Source: Wallemia ichthyophaga EXF-994 (taxonomy: Eukaryota > Fungi > Basidiomycota). Taken from it: a stretch of 32,000 bases of DNA. This document shows positions 21,852 through 32,000 of the stretch, one piece after another (within the stretch, counting starts at the first letter, position 1; every line of letters starts with the position of its first letter). Under the pieces are notes generated by a model that did no database searches, was not told the DNA's origin, and saw only the letters and a program-made list of their open reading frames with translations. The position numbers and the translations under genes are program-made. The stretch covers positions 180,001 to 212,000 of the forward strand of contig NW_008806290.1 of the NCBI RefSeq assembly GCF_000400465.1, written 5' to 3'.

Positions 21852-22315
21852 ATAGCTCAAATAACAAACCAGATGAGGTTAATTCTAATTCAACAATAAT
21901 AAGCAGCCAACAGCTCCGCGTATTTTGCTATTTTGCTGATAGCATCGATCACGTTATATGATGCGAAATACTACAATCAAACATTAATTTAAAGCGAGTA
22001 CTACTGAACCTGATCAAATCCGTGTGGTTTACCTGACCAATAAAAGCTGCTCAAACGCGTAAATCATAGGTTACGTAACCACAGAATATTTTGGTAACAA
22101 AAGTAGGCCGATGGCTTTTTGTATACAATAATATGACGTTTACGTTCTTTTCAAAGCTTAGTCGCGCTTTTCTGCGTATTTGCAAATTTTCATTCCAAAC
22201 TGGTGTGTGCTTTCGCATCAATATGTAGATTATTGGGGATGATCATGAGGTGAGGCCCTGAGCCATCTGTTATCATCTCTAACCTCAACCACCAACAGCT
22301 TAAAGCAGTCCACCA

Positions 22316-22969
22316 ATGGCCCAAGCAACCAAACGCATTACGGCGGTGAGTGGAGGTTAAGTGGCTGTTAGAGCCTGACTAACTCGCACACGCCTAGGAA
22401 TACACACTAATAAGCAAAGAGCGTATTAATGGAGTGAGTGAGGTGGAGCTGGTCGACGACAACATATTTGAGTGGGCTGGATACATACATGGTCCTCAAG
22501 GCACACCCTACGAAGATGGCAGATTCAGGTTCAGACTGGCATACCCAGACAATTTTCCGTTCAAAGCACCCGCTTTCCAACTCAAGACACCTATATACCA
22601 CCCAAACTTTGACCCAGAGGGCAATATCTGCATTGGTCTCCTTAAATCTGAGAGCTGGAAACCAACGACGAGAGTGACGCAGAGTAGGTGTCGTAGTGGA
22701 CTGTAGAGCTTCCTAATCAGATGATCACACCAGTCTTCCAAGCAATCTTGCAACTCCTCGCTGAACCCAACCCCGATGATCCACTCGATGCTTCCATTGC
22801 CAATGACTACAGCGTGCGTTTTTCTTGCACTTGTTTCGAGCCCAAAAACTAACCCTATTCAGAACAATCGCAGTGACTTCATCAAAACTGCTAAAGATTC
22901 CGTCTATAAGGTTCGCATGACGCTCTGCTATTATTCTAAGCTGACCCTACAAAGCACGCAACTCATTGA
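22316..22969 (+). CDS. Ubiquitin-conjugating enzyme E2, class I (Ubc4/UBE2L3-like)
   Basis: Introns 22346-22397, 22684-22733, 22814-22862 and 22911-22954. Motifs GPQGTPYEDG.F, FPFKAP, IYHPNFDPEGNICIGLLK (active-site Cys), WKP and EPNPDDPLDASIA. Confidence 0.93.
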
Positions 22970-23076
22970 CGTTATTTGTATATCACACACACACATACAT
23001 TACATCAGCAAACTCACAATCAATAAAGACATGAATTGAGACACAAATAATATTTACATGTACTACTTTAAACCCC

Positions 23077-26000
23077 TTAAATCCACTGCAGCTATTGTTA
23101 GTACTCATGTTCATATAAATCCCCAACAATCGACTTACTGGCGCCCATTGTGGATCCATTTTAGCAAGCTCAATTGGATTTGTTGCTTTGGCAATCAAAT
23201 CCAAGACACTTTGACAAGCAGGTATCACTTTCTGGTTGTTGGTGCTACCGCCGCTCGCGCCCTGACCTTGTCCTTGGTTCAAGTTAAACTGGTCACGTTC
23301 ATACTTGCAACCCAATACCGTAGCTCGCGCAACTATCCCGTCAACATTCTGCTGTATCGAGTTACGCACTTCACCATCCGAAGGGCTCTGACGGCGTTGA
23401 TTCGTGTACCAACTCGACACATCTTCCCTAACGAACAGATTCAATTGGTTCTCCAAATCATACTGCGGCTCCGTCAAACATCTCCCCAACGATACTATTG
23501 ATGATACCAAAACTCCCTCTATCCCAATCGACGTCAAGTAATGTTGTAAATTTGGCGTCAATCTAAATGGAACTGATTCTGGATTTGATAGCTGACAATC
23601 TTGATTAATCAACCCTGGTATCACATCTGTGGTATGCATTGATCCAGTTGAAGGCGTAATCATGATTCGATGTGGTTGGCGATGTGCAATGCAGAAGCCA
23701 TACGTCATGAAGATTATCGTCGCAACTTGGTTCGACATTTGCTTTCTCAACATCCAAAATTCTGATGGTGAATTGGCTGATCGATTCATATACCTCGTCA
23801 GCACATCTTCAGGAACGTACTTATTTGCAATCTCCTCAATTATTTCCATCTTGAGATTCAACGTTGTAATTTCCTAACATTCAAGTCAATTAACTTCCAA
23901 TTCAAAAACCATAACTCACAGAATCATCCGCCTTCGAAACCGACTTGAGTTTCTCAATATATGTCAGTATCGGCGTGATACTATCTTCTCCCAGCTCCTC
24001 GCAGTGTTTGTTGGAAATATCCTCCAGTGACACTGTGCTTGGGTCATTTTGCACAAGTCGGAGATTTGTTGACAGTGGAACCGATAGAGGTGCGTTGAAG
24101 TATATGTTTCTCCGTCTACACTCCTTACGACGATCAATCACTCTGTTATTCTTGTTAGTTTGAACACCTCATCCCACACATTCTACGTACGCATTAAAGA
24201 TCCGACAGATTTGCTGAGTACGTTCTTCACGTCTAACGTGTCTGGTGGGAGGCATCTGTACCATAAATGGATGTCTTGTGCCATTCACCGCAACGAATGT
24301 AATTCTCTTCCAACTAACCCCATGTGACTTGTAAAACTCAAACTTAGGTGCTATTCTCGCAATCTTCAAGAACGTCGACCTATCTTCATCTTCATGTTTG
24401 TTGTATTGACCTGGTATCTCAATCTGATCATACTTGTTGAGATGGAATTCAACCAAATGCCTACGCGAATACTCCAACGACTGGAATCTTGGCCTTGAAT
24501 CGAGTACCTTTTCGAATCGTTTTCTCCAAATCATCAACTTCCTAATGTATTGCGATAATTGCAACTCTGAACCGAGACCTGGCTCATTCACGAATGGCTT
24601 CTGCTTCCCAATCACAGCTTGTTCAATAAACTTATTTAAAGCCTGTCTTGTAGTTGGTGATAACTCCATCGAACTCCCTTTATCTCTCGTGGCGTAATTC
24701 ATTATTGCATCCCCTAACAGTGCATTCACAAATCTATACCCGTCTTCTTCCGGCGACGACTTGAAACGTGCAGCAATTTGATCAACCATTGTTTCGAGAG
24801 AGAGTGTTAGTAGTGGATAAGCAGTCTTGAGTATAGACAGCACTTCATCCACCCAGTCCCAAGGGTTCTTGTAGAGTGGAACTTGACCTTGTGTAGCTTG
24901 CTGTTGCATGCCTTGCTGTGGCTTAGCATTTGCTGTTGCCGGTGATCCCAATTGAGGCGTCAACGCGGCTTGTGCTGGCGGCGCAAGATGTGGGTTTGGT
25001 CCTTGCTCACCTCTTTCAGCCTTTGCCACTGCTACTGCTTGAGCTTGTCTTCTCAACACTGTATACTCCTCTCTCGTTGTGCGCAAGTGGAAGAAAAGCG
25101 CTTGTGGATACTTCTTTGCAATCTGTATCAAGATCAGACGGGCATGCCTCGCTTCACGATGCGATAGCGAAAGCAATAGTTGAGGAATAAGAGTTATCCA
25201 GTACCATACTTGGAAGTCACCTTTATAAGCCTTTAAAAGTTGTCAATATAATACACCACCATAGTTCAAACTACACACCTCGAACGCTTTAGAGATTGTC
25301 ATATTGACATCATCCAAACTGAGTAGCCACAAAACCCGTGCAAGGAGTTTCCTAGACTTGTGATTACGATAGAGGCCTGAAGCTTGAAGATAGCAGCTAA
25401 TAGCATTAGCACCAAGTGACATGTTTTCAGGATGCACCTTGAACTGCTGGTCGTTATAACGTCCCCACTCCGCCCATGCTCTTGGCAAGTTTAAATCTGT
25501 CTGTACAGCATGTGCAAACGACTGAGTTGCGTCATCATGTAGGCCTAATTTAGCCGTAAACATTCCCTTAAGTGTAAAGAATTCAGACTTTTGCGATGGA
25601 GCGAAAAAGTGTAAATTAGTGTTATTGATTACTTCTAAACCAGCTCCCAGTCCATCTGTTGTTGGGTATAAACATCTTGCTTGTTCACGCAATTTCAGAA
25701 ATGCCTGAAGTGTTATTAGTTAATCGCTTTCTGGATACTCATACTAATCACTCACTTCCTGAATCTCAATGTTTGGGAGAGTATAGATCTTGGTGAGTAA
25801 TGAGATACAGACGTCTTGCAATTGATGTTTACGAGCAACATGAGCAAATTGATTGATAGTCCATGCCATTTCATGGTAGCCTCTGTATCCAAAGCTGTTT
25901 TGACCGGTATTCGTTTGACCATTGCCGTTAGCTTGAAGGTTGTTGATGATTGGCAAGTAGACTTTGTTGATAGCTTGGAATACATGCGATCTCCATGCCA

Positions 26001-29000
26001 CCAAGTCAGACCACAGATTAATGTCGTCCCATAAGTTAGGCATTCTATCTCTCCATTGATGTACTATATTTTTAATCTCTGATGAACGCTGCTCGACGTT
26101 AGTTTCATTTGTGGCGGCAAAGGTATGGAATATGTTTGAAGCGTCCCACAATTCAACACACTGTTGGAAAGTATGGAGAAGAGGAATGTTTGCAGGGCCA
26201 GGAATATCCGGTAAGGAATGCCATTTTTTGAGTGATAGTTGAATCGCCTCAGTTGTAATCTTATTAAAATCATTCGATGGCTCATTGGTATCCTGAGCTT
26301 TGACCAACGACATGAACGCCTCAAAGATTCTCCTTCTAGGAGTTGCAATGTCAGCCAAATTCTTGAACGCTCCTTCTATAACTTCTCTATCTTGCGACCA
26401 GTCAGATGTTCTCCAAGCGCATTCGAATAAGAGATCAGCATTGGATTCATTTTTTGCTAGATCAGTGAGTAGATCCCACTGTTGTAATTTTTGCGAGCAT
26501 AAAACCCAATGATCTTCCCAGACAGCGTATTCGGGCTCGTTAAATGGGACGTTACCCGCTCTTGCTTTAATTTGAGCATTTTCATGCATAATTTGAGCTT
26601 CTGACCATAAACCAAGCTGCTCGTAAGACAGAGCTGCGTTGGTTTCGGGATATCCAGAACGACGCCTCCAAAGACCGTAAAACAAATCTTCTTCTGCAAG
26701 ATCTGCGTAAATCTCTGCTAAAGCGTCTCTTGAAATTTCATTGACCATTTCACTTTCTCGTCCAACCACCGTTAGCTGTTCCAATAACAAAATCGCCGTG
26801 TGCCATGCACTGAATGTCTTTCCGAGATATTTGACGAGATGTGGGGGGAGGGCAATAGAAGGAGAGGCTGTTAGAATACCATCCAAGATTGTCTGTATAA
26901 CATTTGGGCGAGAGTCGACTTGCTTCAAGTGATACTCTTGAGCCAACAGACCTATCATATGTCTAGTAATTTCAGCTTGTTCCTTCCTGTTAATTGAAGC
27001 CCAAGCTGAGCCGAAAACAGTAATCCAGATATCGTGCGCGGAATAATCATCCATATACTGTAAGTGGCGAACTGCATCAATGAGTCCATCGACTCTGTAC
27101 GACTTCAAATTGGCGACGAAAGCATCCTCACCATATTCACCACTAACGATGAGCTCATCTGACTTGATAGAACCGAGAACAAGATCCAAAGCTTGATGAA
27201 TCCAATAGACATTACTCAAGGAGTCCCAATTTTGTACACCGAGCACGTATTGAAGTCTTGAAGCAACAGAAAGGTACATACTTTCATGGAAAACTTCAAT
27301 AAAACTACTCCTAAGATCATGGTTGGAAGCACGACAACCCAACAAGAAAGCATTTTCTAAACGAACAGTCATTTCACTTCTCGCATAGAAAGAGTCTTTG
27401 TAGATACTAAGAATCAACTCCAGGTACTCATTAAATAGTTTTTGTGAAACTTCTTTCGATGGTGCGTCACTAACTACCCCCTTGATATCGTACTGGCGTT
27501 CCTCGATTGACATCATCTTGATAAGAAGACCAGCCTTCTCACGGGCAGTTGGGAAAGCATTATTCTTCTCAGTGATCCATGTCTTAATCATTTCAAGTAT
27601 GTACTTGATAACATCGCTACTCGTACTTCTCTCAATCAACAAGACCATGCAAGTAAGAAATATTCTTCTGGCATCACCCAACTGCGACACTCTTCTACGC
27701 GGTAAGTCAAGAGTCAATGGTACGAGTTTCGGATCTATGAGATAGCTTGGCTTTTTATCAGCTGAGGAATGCTCACGAGTGATTATTTGTAGTAAACGCA
27801 TATGTGCTGGTATAAACATGTCGAACTTATCAGGTTGAACGTCCGTCCATGCACGAAGCAGACAAAGTGCATTGTGTGGGTTTCTAGAACCAGATAAGCC
27901 ATCGTTGATGATATTTTCGATCATACTAGAGAATGCTTTGACTTCACGACCCTGCTGACTGTCATCCTCTTCTGTGATTGATGGAAGGATACTGAAAATG
28001 CGTTTGACGAGGGGCTCAAGTGTGAGATGAAGTCTGTTGATATTCGAAGTAAAACATTTCTCAATTATTCTAGCTAAACCTGCCAAGTTGCTATTGAAAT
28101 AGGAGTCCTGCTCAGGTAATGCAAGCGCACAGAGTACTTCAGCTGAATTACAGTGGACAGTCGCACTTTCTTCCTTCAGTTCGCTCTGTGGTTTGGATGT
28201 CAATTTCATCAAAATAAATCGTAAGACTAGCTACTCACCTGTGCAAGTACTTTCAAGAAGTAAGCCAGCTTGGCACTTATATCGTTGTGACTGTCAAGAG
28301 CTTGGTAGCCCCTCAACAGGCCAATAGCACGAGCTGAAAGAGATGCTGGAGATGAAATAGGTTCACTCGATATTGAGGCAAACCTCACCAAATAGTTGAT
28401 AGCATGACCTTTGAGATTCTGATGCAAAACAAAAGTCTTAGGCGTACTAGGTTGAGGCGTACTGCTACCTGGCTGAGGAGTGCTTGTAGCAGTTGAAGAT
28501 CTTGTACGTTTAGCAGCGGGTTGCTCGTCAAACGATTCAGAAGCTCTTCTCTTGTCACCAGACTGTGGTTGTTCTGACAACTTCTCATCATCTGCTAGTC
28601 TTCTCTGTTCCCAATGTAAAATCAACTCAAGTACATCTATCGACAATTGGCGAGTGTCGTTTGCAGCAGAAGGAATGATACCCATTCTCGTGATAGAATT
28701 GAGCATGTGTGGAACGAACAACTCCCTAATTGGATAGAACATATCGCTATGCCTGATGATCAAAGAGTAAATTGTTGATAATTGTGCAGCTGATTGTTGT
28801 TCTTCGACTAAAACTCTTCTAATCCTGATAGCCCACTGTGGCAAATGCGAGACAGGGGCAGGTGCTTTCTCGGGTACACGCTGAGGTAACACTGGTGTGA
28901 GTATGTCTAACGCCTCCTTTGTCATGGCTTTGGTTTCTGGCTGGACGCTTTTCAGCAAACCAACATAAACTTCACGTGTAATCTTGCTAGGTGAGTCGAA

Positions 29001-32000
29001 TGCTCTCAAAAATCTGCAAATTAGAATGTAGCCAGAGTGTTTGACTGATGCGTCGACATGACGCTGTGATAGCCATCCAAACTTGATAACATCCTTTTTG
29101 AATTCACCGAGAAGATCAGGACAAACATCAACAAGTGTGGCACTGTAATAATTGTCAATAATTTCTGGATTTTCGACGCAGAAATACTCATACTCACGAG
29201 AAATTGAGCAGTTCTATGAAAAGACCATTTCCAACTTCACTCAGTTCTTCTTCTTTTTGATATGGAGACCATACTTTATTGTGCATTTCTCCAATAAAGC
29301 CTTCATCAATAACGTTCTCTTCAGGACGATACTTTGCCACCACAGCAATAGGATTGACGATATGTCTCACGATGAACATTTTGTGTGACTGTGAGAGGTT
29401 TTCATCAGGGATCTTATTGACAAAGTGGCTAAGAGTGACATGCTTGAGTTCGGACGACGTTGAGAGGGCAACATTCTTGATATAAAATCTCGACAAACCA
29501 ATCAAATTGAGAGGCAACTTGAGCGTGAAAACTTCAGCCATATAAATCAGCATAGCAGGATCAGGATGATTGATGAGATGGAGAAGCAGAATTTCCAACA
29601 GGGTTTCAATTTCTTTCGTGCGAATGTAAATATCAGCTATCGGCTTGTCCGATTGAACGTGCTGTGACCAAAGACCCCATATAGACTCCCAAAGAACACT
29701 GCGCTGCTGTTCACTAGCAGCCAATATATTTGGGTGAATATCTATCAACGCTCTGACGATCTTGAGACCATGGAGTGCAAAACCTGGCTTAGACAGGGCT
29801 TCAGATGAGAAAAAGCTGTTAACTAAACGCTCCGGATTTGCTAAAACATCTGCTCTCAGATTCTCGGCGTGTGGAGATGTAAGGGCAGCTCTGTACGTGT
29901 TGAAGTGTTCCGCTGAGTCCATACGAGCTATGCTGCGCGTTAGATACGTTCATAAAGCCTAGTCATATATCTCACCCAAGAAGAAATCGTTGGCCTCATT
30001 AGGAAATCTATCTAAATATTGAGCAAGAGGTGTGGTCCATGGGCTACCTATCACCCTTCTAAAACGCTGCTCAGTTTGTACGATTAGATTGGAAAATTGC
30101 TCGAGGTAAATATTCGCAGCTGAAGGTAGCAATCTGAACACATTGGCAATAGCCACCATAATTTTTACATCGTGAAGGTCTGCTAAATCACCAGACAATG
30201 GGGGTTGGTTCGAAGTCTGAGCTGCGATTACCGACGCTTGTTGCTGCTGTTGAATAGTAGCATTAGGAGGTAAATTTATCTTAGGTGATGGAGCAGCTTT
30301 AAGGTCTTTCTCATCAAGCAATGATTTGAAGTGCTCCAAAAGCTTTGTACCAATCTCAACCTTAAAGTAATTGGTTAAGAGTTCCAACAACCTAGCTAAA
30401 CCGTCTAAGCCTGCAATATTAATCTTTCGAGTATCACTGAGATTGATCAAGATTGGTTTGAGAGCAGTTTGAAGCAGTTCCTTGGGAACTTTACCAGACT
30501 GTACGAGAACCTGCTTGATTCCATCATGAGCAACACCGTGTAATTCTGAGCTACGTGCGTATAAACTTTTAAAGTAAACACTAATAATGCGCATACGAGC
30601 TTGGTTTGCAGATCGGAATATGTCACTCGTAGACGTAGCCGCCGTGAGTAACCTGACACAGGCTACTCGCAAATCTGCCAATGCTAATTGAACAATGTGA
30701 GATGGGCGTTGACCGATAATAGCGACATCTTCTGCATCGCTGATACCCAAGACTTCATGCACAAATCTTGTCAAGTCTTCGCTGATTTCTAATACGCCGG
30801 ATGATTGTGAATTAGGTGGTGCAGCTGATTCTGGATTGTCGATCTTCTCCTTGTCTGATTTCTCCTTCTCATCAGGTTGAGGTGTGTTATGCGCTGACAC
30901 TTGAGGTCTTAATTGTAAGCAGTAGGTAACAGCATCGATGCGCGCAGTCTGCATGGGAACAGGTAGCGCTCTCAGTGGTTTATGATAAATAGCGCTGCTG
31001 AGGACGCTTTTACCAGGTGCCAGTAAATCTTTTATAGCCATACCAGTTTTCTCTGACAACTGCGACAAGGTATTTTGAGTATTCTTGCGCACGATATCCT
31101 TGGGTGATGTCAGGTCAGCTATCAAAATACTAATGAGATGATTGAATTGATATCTAACGCTATCATAACCTTGACCTGATGTTGAACTGAGTGAAGGTGA
31201 TTCTATGGGCCTATTACCACTATTGAAAGGATTGGCTGTGCTTGCTGCCGGTGTCGATGGGCGTGAAGCATCCATAAATTCCAAAGCACTATCGTGGGTG
31301 ATACTCTGAGGACCGTTACAGATATCAATCAATCTATTTTTAATTGTTTAGCAAAATTCTCAGAACATAGGTTGACCCACTTTCTAATAAAATCGATGAC
31401 TAGGTCCACTTCAACAGGAGTTTCAAGTGGCATATCTTTGAGAATATACACTGCAGCTCTGTAAAATTCAATTTGATGAGAAGAGATCCATTTTTCGCCT
31501 AGATTGACATCATCACTAATCATGAGAGTCATGCCTTTCAAACCGGCAAGTTTGTAACGCCAGAGCTGATCATGACAGAGTGAAGAAAACCGCGATGACA
31601 ATTGATTAAAGATAAATCCCTTCATATCCTCATCGACACCAGCGACCAATTCGACAATTTGATTCACGGAGAAGAGTACTAAATCGTAGCTCAATTTCTC
31701 GTCGCGTGATACTGCAGTTGTGAGACAATTAGCAATACAATCAAGGGTGACACCACCAAGACGTGAAAGAGACACAATGCCATCATTCCAATTGAGATAA
31801 ACAAACTGAATCTCCCTCTTCATCACGAAAACTACTAGCTCCTTGACAAAGTCTAAAGATAGTGACGATAAGCTAGTTGTGGTGGCAGCGTTGATGAGTG
31901 TATCCAAGATCTCCCGGTAAGAATTTTCCTGAACTAAACCATTAACGCCATTCAGCAAAAGCGGGGCTAGAGAATGTTTCAAAATTGATATAGCTCTTTC
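23077..32000 (-). CDS. TRA1: Tra1/TRRAP, PIKK-family pseudokinase scaffold of SAGA and NuA4; 5'-partial
   Basis: Introns 31380-31334, 29975-29928, 29197-29143, about 28238-28190, 25755-25705, 25278-25231, 24190-24143, 23919-23874 and 23138-23086 join the ORF pieces. HEAT region, FAT region (LGKTFSAWH, EEDLFYGLWRRR, WEDHW), a kinase-like domain lacking the DRH/DFG catalytic residues (IAHRQPHRIMI..TTDVIP; VPFRLTPNLQ) and a FATC end MDPQWAPWI-stop. The frame is open to the window edge. Confidence 0.97.

Noticed and set aside
21957-22037. C/D-box snoRNA-like arrangement (ATGATGC ... CTGA, about 80 nt) between shugoshin and the E2 gene
   Set aside because: The C box is imperfect, there is no terminal stem, and I could not match a guide to rRNA or snRNA. 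An Rfam or snoscan search would be needed.
23077-25200. TRA1 kinase-like domain lacking catalytic DRH/DFG residues as a sign of pseudogenisation
   Set aside because: This is the established normal state of Tra1/TRRAP pseudokinases.

Overview
Gene-dense eukaryotic (fungal) DNA with 14 protein-coding genes. Introns are tiny GT-AG introns (about 43-65 nt) and intergenic spacers can be as short as 24 nt. This architecture and the protein sequences suggest a compact basidiomycete genome such as Wallemia (inference only). Gene order: SIP5 (5'-partial, +), SPC24 (-), a CM1-domain spindle-pole-body coiled-coil protein of the Pcp1/Mto1/ApsB type (+), CSN7 (-), TIM22 (+), 6-phosphofructokinase (+), a CAP10/GT90 glycosyltransferase (+), an STL1-like glycerol/sugar symporter (-), COA6 (-), a decayed ORF-fragment region, PER1 (-), a TDT/SLAC1-family transporter (-), shugoshin (+), a ubiquitin E2 (+) and TRA1 (5'-partial, -). 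The ORF track breaks most of these at introns; the exon junctions below were rebuilt by hand. The most notable unexplained structure is a diverged inverted repeat of about 200 bp (11714-11922 and 15621-15812). It brackets the STL1-like transporter and COA6, contains the last codons of the GT90 gene in one copy, sits directly upstream of COA6 in the other, and abuts about 1.3 kb of decayed coding-like DNA. No tRNA, rRNA, snRNA, CRISPR array or intact transposase was recognised.
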